Source of the DNA: Curvularia clavata
Lineage: Eukaryota
Reading direction: 5' to 3'
Assembly: GCA_023920165.1 (NCBI GenBank)
Contig: CP089280.1
Coordinates: 248,001-312,000 of the forward strand
DNA length: 64,000 bases
Below the pieces are notes generated by a model. That model ran no database searches. It saw only the letters and a list, made by a program, of their open reading frames with translations, and was not told the origin of the DNA. How positions within the stretch are numbered: the first letter of the stretch is position 1; each line of letters starts with the position of its first letter. Below are positions 11,491 through 22,034 of this stretch, piece after piece. Made by a program: the position numbers and the translations under genes.

Positions 11491-12792
11491 TTAGATAGTG
11501 GGGATGGCCTCCAGGACGGCCATTGCCCGGCGGGCTTCCGCTTCGAATGCGAGAATTTGCTGTTCGCACGCCATTCGGAGCTTCTCTTCGCCTTTCTGGG
11601 CATTGTACAGGACCCATTGTTGGATTGACATGCGTTTCTCTTCTTCCGTGAGGCCAGCCATGACTAATTCGTAGAGACGTTCGGGGCTCATGTCGGCAGT
11701 CTGAGCAGTGTCGAGTCCGGCATCAACTAGGATGTCGTTCATGAAGCTGTGGACTTCCTCTGGTGATGTAAAAAAGCCATCAAGATCAGCAGGCTGCCAG
11801 AAAATGGCATCTTGTCCGTCGTCTGCCTCACTCATCATGGGCGGGGTCCTCTTAGGGGTCCCGACTGCTAGATCCGCCGGCAGGCTTGACATGTCAAAGT
11901 CATCGATGACAGTGTCCCTCACTCCTGTCGGGGTCTTCTTAGGTGTTCCAACGGGAAGATCGCTAGGGAAGCTTTCAATACTCGAGGATCGAATGCGTTT
12001 CGGAGCAGGCTGGATGATTTCAGAGAATTCTGTTTCTTCAACCGCCTCACTTGTCCGCTTCTTGCCACGAGTGGCCCTCTTGCTAGCTGTAGAGGCTGTC
12101 GATGTGCGAGTCGAGGCACGCTTGGGTTTGGAGGCGCGCTTGGTTTTCTTGGGTGCGGGTGCGGGTGCGGGCTTGTAGAGTTCGCAGAGGACAAAGAAGA
12201 GGCATTCGGGCGATCGCCTGCGGTGTTCATGCATAGGGTCGTCACCGATGTCCCATGCATCCAGTGCCAGAGAGCAGTATGGGCAGGTTACGCCGTCTGG
12301 AGTGTCTGTTGAGGGATCGTAGAACCAGCCGGCGGCCACCATCTGGTCGACGCTTGGGTAACCGGCAGCAGCGTCAAGCGGCCACATATCACCAAAGGTC
12401 GAGCGGCGTGCTGCCACCATTTTTTCGGAGGTCGGATCATCTTCCGTCCTGCCAGGGTCGCCCGCACGTAGGCGGATACACGCAATGGTTGCAAAGCCGC
12501 AGCTTGGGGAATGTGTTGCATGCTCGTAAGCAGGGACGTCGGCTTCCTCCCAGCCGTCTAGCTGGCACTCGCAGTTGAAGCATTGTACGTTGTCCGGGCT
12601 TGTAGACGTGGGTTTCCACACAAAACCGGCATACGCCAGATCCTGTGCCGAGGGTGCTTTGAGGGGCCATGCGGCTTTTGACTTTGTTCCTGCCTTCTTC
12701 GACCTGTTGCTGGTGCGGCGTCCTTTGCCAGTCGTGGCTGCTCCCTCAAAGGTAGCAAGACGCGCGTGGTACGAAGCCAGCGACGCGTCCAT
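11491..12792 (-). CDS. BIR1: BIR-domain protein (survivin/Bir1, chromosomal passenger complex)
   Basis: Two BIR zinc motifs: CFNCECQLDGWEEADVPAYEHATHSPSC and CPYCSLALDAWDIGDDPMHEHRRRSPEC; C-terminal helical tail. ATG at 12792 (12828 is TTG). Confidence 0.9.
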   Translation of the reverse strand: MDASLASYHARLATFEGAATTGKGRRTSNRSKKAGTKSKAAWPLKAPSAQDLAYAGFVWKPTSTSPDNVQCFNCECQLDGWEEADVPAYEHATHSPSCGFATIACIRLRAGDPGRTEDDPTSEKMVAARRSTFGDMWPLDAAAGYPSVDQMVAAGWFYDPSTDTPDGVTCPYCSLALDAWDIGDDPMHEHRRRSPECLFFVLCELYKPAPAPAPKKTKRASKPKRASTRTSTASTASKRATRGKKRTSEAVEETEFSEIIQPAPKRIRSSSIESFPSDLPVGTPKKTPTGVRDTVIDDFDMSSLPADLAVGTPKRTPPMMSEADDGQDAIFWQPADLDGFFTSPEEVHSFMNDILVDAGLDTAQTADMSPERLYELVMAGLTEEEKRMSIQQWVLYNAQKGEEKLRMACEQQILAFEAEARRAMAVLEAIPTI

Positions 12793-13086
12793 GGCGTTGG
12801 GTTGGAGTGGGGTTGGTCGAAATGACAATTTTTTGGTGTTGGACTCGATTTTGTATTTAGCAATTTACAGCAGGCTTCAATTTGCCGCGTGATATTGGGT
12901 GTTGCGGGTCTGGAGTGGTGTGCGTGCTGTGGTGTGTAGAAGTGCGGAGAGAAGTCGCGTCTCGAGACACGGAAAGCAGCGAGCGAACATCTGATCCGCC
13001 AAGCCCCCCTCTGTTGTTGGGAGCAACACGCTTACGTCATCCACACTGTCACTTTGCGCAACCTCAGGCATCCTCTTCTGCACAAG

Positions 13087-14445
13087 ATGTATCGACACCA
13101 ACCATTATTCCGGATAGCCTGGTGTAGAAGGCCGCTGGTGCATGCCAATCGCCGTTTCTTGTCATCGCAGAAGACAGCGCCCACCGATACGCCCCATGCC
13201 TTCCAATCGCTGCCGCCAGACTGGGAGGATGAAGCTCCCCCGTTGTCGGACTTTACGGAGCTGCCGCACAAGGACTTTGGGAAGAATCAGTTGATGCAAA
13301 CGAATGAGGACTTCAAGCGGGCACTACGAGGCATACTTCGGAAATTCCCTCCCGTCACCTATGCCTTCGCGTATGGCTCTGGCGTCTTTCCTCAGTCCGC
13401 TGCGACAGCTTCGCGCACAACGCAATCGCCTCATCCGAACCCTCCCGACGCGATTTTGAAATGGCAAAAGGGCGGCGGGAAAATGATTGATTTCATCTTG
13501 ACGCCTCGCTTCTCCCAGCACTTTCACTCACTCAATCTGCGCGAACACAGAGACCACTATTCGTTCCTTGGGTCGCTCGGCTCAGGTGTCGTCAGCCATG
13601 TGCAGGAAAAGTATGGCGCAGGCGCGTACTTTAACCCATATGTTGTAGTGAACGGAACGATGATCAAATATGCTGTGGTCAATTACGAAACGCTCCTCCG
13701 CGACCTTACCGACTGGGACACATTGTACTTTGCCGGTCGCTTGCACAAGCCAGTCAAAATTCTCCACGAAGAGCCCAATATCCGCGTCGCGAACCAACGT
13801 AACCTTCTCTCCGCAGTTCGTTGTGCGCTTCTCTTGCTTCCGGAGAAGTTTACGGAGAAGGAACTATACTCTACAATCACAGGGCTGAGCTATCAAGGCG
13901 ACCCGCGCATGCAGTATGGCAGCGAGAACCCCAAGAAGATTGACAACATCGTCACCCATCAATTGAAAAACTTCCGGTATCTCTACCACGACCTCATAAT
14001 GTCGCTTCCAAACATCAGGTACGCTGATGAGTCGGTGATTCTGAAGCCCGGCTGGATGGAGAACAGCGAGCTTGACCAGAAGATGTCGCAAGACATGGAT
14101 CCCGAGCGGCGGGCCAGTATGGTCAGGCGATTGCCTAAGAAGTTCCGTGAAAAGGTCTACTTTCAGTATCGCGGCAAATTTGGCATCTCAGGTCGTGAGT
14201 ACCAACAAATGCTGGAGGCAAGGAAAGATGAATCTTCGGGAGGTATTTTGAAGAAGCAGGTCGCCGGTGACTTTGACAGGCGGATAGCAGCTGAAAAGGA
14301 TATCCCACAAATGGTCACCAAGGCGATTAACCAGACAGTAAAGTGGCCGTCTACCGTACAAACACTCAAGGGTCCCTTTACGGCGGGCTTCTCAAAGTCG
14401 TGGAGGTACTTGCAGGAGAAGCGGGAAAAGGCAAGGATGAAGTAA
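13087..14445 (+). CDS. TAM41: Mitochondrial phosphatidate cytidylyltransferase (Mmp37/Tam41)
   Basis: Arg-rich presequence; YAFAYGSGVFPQ, KMIDFI, LYFAGRLHKPV, SYQGDPRM and ENPKKIDNIV motifs. Confidence 0.95.
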   Translation: MYRHQPLFRIAWCRRPLVHANRRFLSSQKTAPTDTPHAFQSLPPDWEDEAPPLSDFTELPHKDFGKNQLMQTNEDFKRALRGILRKFPPVTYAFAYGSGVFPQSAATASRTTQSPHPNPPDAILKWQKGGGKMIDFILTPRFSQHFHSLNLREHRDHYSFLGSLGSGVVSHVQEKYGAGAYFNPYVVVNGTMIKYAVVNYETLLRDLTDWDTLYFAGRLHKPVKILHEEPNIRVANQRNLLSAVRCALLLLPEKFTEKELYSTITGLSYQGDPRMQYGSENPKKIDNIVTHQLKNFRYLYHDLIMSLPNIRYADESVILKPGWMENSELDQKMSQDMDPERRASMVRRLPKKFREKVYFQYRGKFGISGREYQQMLEARKDESSGGILKKQVAGDFDRRIAAEKDIPQMVTKAINQTVKWPSTVQTLKGPFTAGFSKSWRYLQEKREKARMK

Positions 14446-14870
14446 GAGTAAGACCTTGCAGCTTGAACGTGGCAGCCACTCTTTTGGTATTTGTTATCTT
14501 GTGGCGCTGCTAAGAGCGGTCCAGTCTTCTTGGCTTTGTACTTGATATAAAATCACATTAGCCGCCGTCGCAAGCTCACGGGTCAGGCTTTGTACACAAG
14601 AAAAATAGAATCATGCGCAGCGTAATGTTGTAGGTTGTGTCAGCAAAGCAAAAATAGAAGGTGATATGGCACTTCATGATTTCAATATCAGACGCCATTC
14701 TTCAGTAAATTTGTGCGTCTAAATTCCGTCTCCCTAAGAATCTGAAATAAGCTCCTTTCAGCTGAATATAGGACAGAACCCCGCACAGCCGCACTACTAC
14801 TGTCTAGACACACACGATAACCTGGACTTGATTCTCTTCCCTCTGACTCTCTTATTACGGTCCCATCAAC

Positions 14871-16676
14871 ATGCTCGCTTACCGATACCAGCCACTACAG
14901 TGCAGCGACTCAATCCGTCTTCTTGTCCTTCATCCAAGTCCAACCCAGTTTGATCCCGTTCTATGTACAATACGACACAGTCGACTTTCTGACACATCCC
15001 TTAAGTACGAAGCATTGTCGTATACTTGGGGCGATGCCACTCAAAAGCGAGCAATCTGCTTCGATGACGGCTCCAGAGAATTGCTTGTCACGGAAAACTG
15101 TCACAGCGCCCTTCGGCACCTGCGCTACACTCATGAAGAGCGGTTGCTATGGGTAGACGCCATATGTATTAACCAGGAAAATCTTATGGAACGAGCAAGT
15201 CAGGTTTGCATGATGGATGAGATATTTGAACGCGCATTCAATGTCATGGTGTTCCTGGGAGAACTAGATTCGCGAAACAGTATTTTGTTCGAGGAACTAG
15301 CAGCAGGGGATGAAGTCATATCGCGCGTAGGACATTGCGACAGACCACCGCCGAGTAGGGTTGTCATTCAGCAGCTAGAGGAGCTGTTTCAAAATCCGTG
15401 GTTCAAAAGAGTTTGGGTATTGCAAGAAGTGTGTGCCAAAAGCTCCGTTACATTCATGTGCGGCTCCGCCCGCTTTTCCTACTTGAGTCTCCTAAATCTA
15501 TACATGGGTCATCGTGGGACGGTGGTGACTAAGGAATTCTGGCCTCTGACTACGCAGTGGATCCGCCAACCTCCGGAAGAGTTTTCAACACCACAGTTCA
15601 GCTTGTGGAATCGACTTGGCGAGAGTCGGAATTACTTGGCGACTGATCCCAGAGATCGAGTCTTTGCTCTGAAGTCTTTGATCGGTCTTGACCAGTCAAG
15701 AATGGATCGTCTGATCGACTATACGAGGAGCGTTGAGGAGTGCTTTACCGATGTTGCAACCTTTCTCCTACCTGTGCTAGGGCTTCGTTTGCTCACTGCT
15801 GCTCGTCATCCACACCGAAGACATATGCCGTCATGGATTCCAGATTGGTCTCAGACGCTTCCACTGCAGCTTTTGAGCTTTTTGGTTGAGTTTCCAAAAT
15901 CCAATGAGCCTGTGTCGCGCACCAGCGCTGCCAAAAAACAACGACACAAAATACAAGCATTCTTAACAGAGGACAACGAGCCTAGTCTAGAACTACATGT
16001 CACAGGCTGCCGTTATGCGCAAATAGTGAAAAGCAGTCAAGTTTTCCAGTTCAATAGCGGAGAGGATGCTATAAGACAGATGAAGAAGCTATACTACAGC
16101 CTGGATAATCTTAGGGGTTTCGTCGGTACGGAAAGCAAGATCTGTGATGATCCTACCATGTATCTGCCCCTCGATGAAGCTATCCTACATAGTAAGTACA
16201 AATTGCTCCTGCCCTTCGATTCTCCCTAACCAATTTGTAGCCATGAATTCTATGAGTGACATAGAACTCGATATGCACCTGAGGCGTGGGTCCTTGACCG
16301 GGATAGTAAGTCTAATTTTCCCATATATCGTGAAATCTTAGGCTGACATCAAAAGCATGTGTACTTTTTTTCGAACGTTGAAATCATGCGCGATTTATTC
16401 ACCTCCCTCCAAAATTGCAAGATCGCCCTTATGTGCGATGATGATTTGGTCATTGTGCCAGAGGCCGTACAACCTGGAGATATGATCTGCGTCCTTTCAG
16501 GAGCCATTTCACCATGCGCTCTACGAGCGTCTCCAGACGGAACCTGGAAACTTATCAGCGGCGACTGTTATATATTTACGGACCATTTTCGAGCGTATGG
16601 GGAGGAGTCATTCTTCATGTGCGACAAGTTTGTGGCGTGTAACGAGTATATGGCAGAAGAGTTTATACTGCGCTGA
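14871..16676 (+). CDS. HET-domain (HET-6-like) heterokaryon incompatibility protein
   Basis: IRLLVLHP, YEALSYTWG, LWVDAICINQ, WFKRVWVLQEV, ATDPRDRVFAL and PSWIPDWS motifs. Exons 14871-16191, 16241-16305, 16356-16676 (two GTAAGT...AG introns join in frame). Confidence 0.92.
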
Positions 16677-17327
16677 AGACACAAGCTCTACTGGCACCAC
16701 CTATGCCATATTTCTGACTCGCCTACTGTTGATGTACCGACTGGAGTAGCAATAACGACTCTTGCTATAGTATCTCCAGTTCTCGACTAGCAAGCCAGGC
16801 GACGCATAATGGCGAGTTTCATGTTATTGCGAAGGAATATGCTTCTTCTACTTATTTGTGAGAAATACATTTGATCTAGAGCAGCATTGCAAGTACTATG
16901 TAGGTGTCTCTGGTCGACGTCTCGACAGTCGTTGCTTCACCTTCTTACAAGTATCTTGATTGACCAAAACGCCGTCTAACAGAGATGTTCAGAGAGCGTG
17001 TATAGGCCAGCAGAGCCGATACTAGCTATCCGCTTTGTGTAATCCTTAGTAACTCTGAGGAGATGGCGGGCATATAACTCAATCCTGATCCGAACTCACT
17101 ATGTCAACAGTTGCATCTCAGATCGTCTCTGGCACCCCGCGCATAGCTCCAAACAGTCTAGAACAACAGTTTGGTCGTCTCTATACAACTCACCTGCTTC
17201 TCAAACCCTTGAAAATTTTCGATGTATAATTATTCGCACCACAAACCAAAACAACCGTTTGCGGACTACCACAAGCAGCTCACCTGGTTCCTTGCAAAGA
17301 AGCTTAGATATCGTCCAAGCAGCCTAA

Positions 17328-18152
17328 ATGCCACCACCAACTAATGCAGCCACTCACCCGTCCCTTGCCTCGCGGATGAAAGCCTATGAGGCAGAATATG
17401 ACCACACGCTACCTCTCGACAAGCCCATCATTCTTCGTCTCGATGGTCATGCCTTTTCCCGGTTCACGTCACATTTCGCGCGCCCTTTTGACTCGCGCAT
17501 CCACCTCGCCATGACATCCACCAGCAGTGACTTGCTCCGGTACTTTCCCCAAGCCACAGTCGCGTACACGCAATCCGATGAAATCACCCTTGTCTTCCCA
17601 GAAGGCGTGCAGTCTTTTAATGAGCGCGTGCAGAAACTCTGCAGCCTAAGCGCGAGCTACTGTTCCGTGCGGTTCCACGCGCACCTCGCTGCCTATCTGG
17701 AGAGCATGCCGGACCCCCCTGTAGTTGCAGGTGACGGCGATGTGGCAGAGCTGCTGTCAACAGTACATTTCGACGCTCGTCTGTTTGCTGTGCCGGATGT
17801 TCACGAGGCTGTGAACAATCTCATTTGGCGCTGTCGCAATGACGCCGTGCGCAATGCTGTTTCTGCTTTCGCGCGAACTATGTTTTCCACAGAGGAGATG
17901 CACGGAAAGAAGTCGCAGCAGCTTATCGATGCGATGTTAGCAGAGAAAGGGGTTAGGTTCGAGGATGCGGTGCCAAAGTGGGCAATTGAGGGTTGTTTGA
18001 TTAAAAGAGAGCAGCACGAGCATGAGGGTGTGAATCCAAAGACGGGGATGACGGAGAAGACGATGAGGACGAGAACAAGGATTGAGCAGCATGGGGTCAG
18101 GGTCTTTAATGAGGAGGCCATCAAGATAGTCACGGAAAAGTACTGGTGGTAG
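17328..18152 (+). CDS. Thg1-like protein (TLP), tRNA guanylyltransferase / 3'-5' RNA polymerase family
   Basis: Intronless 274-aa ORF with RMKAYE, RLDGHAFSRFT, RPFD, AYTQSDEITL, FDARLF and WRCRNDAVRN motifs. It lacks the HINNLYN motif of canonical eukaryotic Thg1. Confidence 0.9.
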   Translation: MPPPTNAATHPSLASRMKAYEAEYDHTLPLDKPIILRLDGHAFSRFTSHFARPFDSRIHLAMTSTSSDLLRYFPQATVAYTQSDEITLVFPEGVQSFNERVQKLCSLSASYCSVRFHAHLAAYLESMPDPPVVAGDGDVAELLSTVHFDARLFAVPDVHEAVNNLIWRCRNDAVRNAVSAFARTMFSTEEMHGKKSQQLIDAMLAEKGVRFEDAVPKWAIEGCLIKREQHEHEGVNPKTGMTEKTMRTRTRIEQHGVRVFNEEAIKIVTEKYWW

Positions 18153-18366
18153 GAACTTGGTCTTACGCTGGGCATACATCACTATCGCCAACGAGAAGGA
18201 AAAGCCCATTGCGCTGTCATGACTACAAAAGATACGCCATGAACAAAAGAAAGAAAACATAACCAACGCTCACATGTAACTGCATTTCGCACTACCATAT
18301 CATACCCCTCCATCCTAGCCATCTAGCCCAATCCCGCCAAAAACAAACCTCTCTTGTCGAGGCGAC

Positions 18367-18374
18367 AAAAAAAA
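18367..18374 (-). terminator. Pol III oligo-T terminator of tRNA-Pro
   Basis: T8 run on the minus strand, 7 nt downstream of the tRNA 3' end. Confidence 0.7.
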
Positions 18375-18381
18375 GAAGATG

Positions 18382-18538
18382 GGGCCTGACCGGGATTCGA
18401 CTACAACGCATGTTAGAGACTGCGTTCGTATTCTGAACCAGAATGGGTGATAACTTACACCCGGGGCCTCCTGCAGAATAGGCTTTGCAGAGTAATAGCG
18501 TACCCAAAGCAGGAATCATACCACTAGACCATCAGGCC
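18382..18538 (-). tRNA. tRNA-Pro(TGG) with a 27-nt canonical intron (18476-18502) and a 58-nt spliceosomal-type intron in the T-loop (18401-18458)
   Basis: Removing both inserts gives a 72-nt cloverleaf GGCCTGATGGTCTAGTGGTATGATTCCTGCTTTGGGTGCAGGAGGCCCCGGGTTCGAATCCCGGTCAGGCCC: acceptor GGCCTGA/TCAGGCC, anticodon stem CCTGC/GCAGG, T stem CCGGG/CCCGG. 70/72 identical to the copy at 28500-28584. Confidence 0.9.
18401..18458 (-). other. Spliceosomal (U2-type) intron-like insertion within the tRNA T-loop
   Basis: Minus strand GTAAGTTATCACCCATTCTGGTTCAGAATACGAACGCAGTCTCTAACATGCGTTGTAG: GTAAGT donor, CTAAC branch point 11 nt before the end, TAG acceptor. Length is typical of the mRNA introns in this window. 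Confidence 0.85.
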
Positions 18539-18953
18539 GGATTTTGGTTGCTCTTAAGGGAACACGATTGATGGGAGGAGGGCAGGCCTGAAAGAATATG
18601 AAGCGAGCGAAATGAGGGGGCTTTCGTCTGATGTGAGACGGAATGAGTCGAGGTGGGGGGAAAGGGGTAAGCGAGAGTGTGGAATGACTGTGCTGTGGGT
18701 ACCTACCCCTCACTGCTTTCCTTTGTTCGCTTGGATACGAGTACGAAGGTCCGCGCTTGTACGCCAGCTATGACTCTCGACTACCAGCAGGTCAAAAAAT
18801 GCAGCAGTCGAAGGACAATAGCCAAAGGATTGACGCATAGTGCAATTGAAATTGGTATCTCGTAATGTTGCAGGTCATGGTCCCGTTACGACATGTACAC
18901 ATTACAACGAAATATAAAAATACAACCACCGTGTTCTTCTCCCTCTTTGGCCT

Positions 18954-21836
18954 CTATGTCAGATCCAGGACTTCTACAGCACTTTCTCTCCACTTGCGTC
19001 TGTCTTTGCCTTTGAGTAGGGCCTCTGGGGATGCCTTTTCCGGTCTCTCCGGGCTGTCAATGTCTGCAAAGTCCCAAGCACCCACTACACTTCTTCGAAG
19101 TATGATGGCGCGCTTCTTCTTACTCTGAGCCTTCCATGCTGCCGGTGGTGATATAGGTTTCTGTGCAGGTGGTGATTGGTCCACTGATGAGTGCGACGAA
19201 TGTGTTGGATGAGGAGACGCGGGCGTTGCGTTCGTCGCCTGTGGCCCTGGCGCTCGCTCTCCTGCGGGCGACGAGCGTTCCGTTAGGTCAAGCACATCCA
19301 GCTTCGGAGACGCTGATCTTGGTTTTGCTGCTGCAGGATTGGGAGAAGTAAGGTCTAGGGTGTCGGGACTGGATGTCGTTTTGCTGAGACGTGGCGAAGT
19401 ACGGCGAGGTGGATTTGGATCGAAAACATCTTTGATACTCTTCTTTTTACCCAACGTGGATGTCGACGAAGTGGAACTTGTAGATGCATTTGACGATATC
19501 GAAGTCAAAGGCGGTCGTATTGTCGACGATCTCACAGATGGTTGCTCGCTGGTAGTATGCCGTGCGGCTTCTGGACGCCTTGGTGATGAGAGAGTCAAGT
19601 CCAACGATTCAACGTCTTTGGATGGTTGTCGAAGTTGTGATTTGGTAGGGACTGGCGCTTGAAACAATAAAGGAGTTGCACCTCGCTGCTTAGTTGGTGA
19701 CACTGATGCCCGCCATGCATCCAAGGTGGCTTGCATTGGCACAGACGAGTCGCGAGACGCCCTCGTTGTAGATGCGTATTTCTCTGTCCTTGTCTTGGCC
19801 TTCTTCGCCGGCAGCGGCGAAGGCGAAGGATGTGCCGGAGAGTCAATCAAGTCCAGTGTTTCTATCGTCTTCGGGAGTGGAGGCGTGGAAGGTCGGTCCA
19901 AGATCGTACTAGTATCGGCCGGTAATGTCTTTGAGCGCTGAAATGGAGCTCGCCTTCTCCTTTTTGCTACACTTGGAGGCAGGTCTCCTATGACTGGAGA
20001 CGGTGACTTTTCGCGCCCGGGTGAGGACTCTGGTGTTGTGGTCCGTGGTCTCACTGGCGGCGAGGACAACAGGTCGATTGTCTCGTTGTACGACGCTTCA
20101 GCAGGCGGAGATGCACGTGCTGGGGGATGATCAACCTTGTCTTGCGCCTTCGCGAGTGCTCGTGAGGCTCTCAACCCAGGTTTTGTGACCTTTGCGAAGG
20201 CTTCTATGCGAACTTGCGGTTGATCCTTAGTCGCCTTGGTCCGTTTCGTGGTAGTCCTGGCTTTTGGTGCGGTAGAGTCAGTGTGCTGAACTGGTGCTGC
20301 CCGTCTAGGTTTCTGCTTTGTCTGTCGCCCAGCCTCCCAGTCCTGAACTTTGAGCGGCACGCCGACCTTGACAAATGTCTCCATGACCCATATACGTGCC
20401 GGTTTTTCAGGATCGAATTTGGTGGGCCCACGTTTCTTAGGGCCGTCGTCCTCCAAGTCCAAAGGAATTTCTTCGTCGAGATCCTCATCTCCGGCGCCTT
20501 GTTGGGAACTAGGTGGTGGTAGGTCTATATCGTCGTCTGGATCTTCCTGACTAAGATCTATCTTCACAAGCTCAACAGGAGTGAAGCTTACGCGAAGCTC
20601 CGTACAATGGTCAGTGATCGCGTGCTGTCGTTTGCCGTGAAGTCCTTTGATGAGAGTTTCTTCATCCTCTTGTATGGCTTGTAGGTTATTAGTAGGCAGG
20701 CGATCGACTCGCTCAGCGCGCATCCGAAGTTCGCGCACGACGAGAGAGGGTGCCAAACTGCGAATAAAGTGTTTTGCGCCCTCGAGCTTGGCCCAATCGA
20801 AAGCATCTTGTGTGAACTCGCGCAGACCTGGAAAGTCGAGCTCCTGATCCCAGTTGATTGACCGACGTAACTTGTCCAGTCCAGCTTGGTTCGAGATTGC
20901 AGGATGCGTGTAGTACCCCAGAATATCCATTCGGGGAAAATCGTCTGGAATCTTGAGCGCACCATGCTTGCGTTTGAAAAACTTGCTCTCGTTTGTTTTT
21001 AGCTCGTGCTGTAATCGTTCCCTCCATTGGGATATAGCTCTGGAGTCGTTTCTGGGGATCCTGCACAATTCGGCACCAAAACCTGCCTTCGCGGCCTCGC
21101 ATGCAGTCTTGGGTCCGCAGCCAGGTATACCCTCCGGCACATAATCTCCTCCACTCATCAGAGCAACCAAGATCATGCCTTCGCGATCCAATCCAGAAGG
21201 CCCGTTTTTGGTTTCGACCGCATCGTATACGTTGACATGGGTTGGCGTCTTTCCTGATTTTTCTGGAGACCAATTTCGGAGGGTCACACCACTCCCAAAC
21301 ATGAGCGTATCCACATCCTCGCTCAGGACAGCGTCAACGATGCCTTCTCGTTGTAGTAAAGCGCACTCTGCCTCTGCCTCGCCTGGGGCCAGATGTATTG
21401 GGTATCCGAACTGCTTCAGCAGCTGTTTGGCGAGAAACTCGGGGATAGAAGCAACATTTGGACCGGTGCGTTTGTTGCGCTTGAAGGGTGGTTTATTTGG
21501 TCCATCAAAGACAAAGACGGGGTGGATCGCGAGGGAGATCAAGCGCAGGAGGCGGTAGTAAAAGGTTCGCAACGCAGGATTCGTGCCACCTGGTCGTATT
21601 CAGCATTCCGATGTATGCGCATGTCTCGAGAGACTCACCTTTGCTAGCTTGGATCTGGAAAAGCCAGATGGATGTGTCAATAGCGATGCGCAACGGGCGG
21701 CCAGTCTCTTCGAATTTTTCGACGGCGAGCTTGGACAGGGCTATGCGTGTGCCGGGGCCGATTTCTTTGTAGATGCTGCTAGTGTTAGAACTGGATCGCG
21801 AGATGCCGCACGCTCGACTTACCCGTGGATACCCAT
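18954..21836 (-). CDS. YEN1: XPG/Rad2-family Holliday junction resolvase (Yen1/GEN1)
   Basis: MGIHG...RIAIDTSIW N domain, PVFVFDG, APGEAEAECA, SEDVDTLMFG, GGDYVPEGIPGCG, long disordered tail. Introns at ~21822-21776 and 21638-21590. Confidence 0.9.
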
Positions 21837-22034
21837 TGCGACTCCATGCTCAGTCCTTCAACTGTCGAGCCGGCTGCCTTGTTCAATGTTGCGACCAGCG
21901 CGTGGTGATTAGATTGTTGCCACGACAACAACGCGTCGGCCGTCCCGCATGCCCACGGGTGCACGTTGATTCCCCACCACGCCGACCCTCTCGCACTAAC
22001 ACAACGCCCATCATCTTCACAAAGACCCTTGAAC

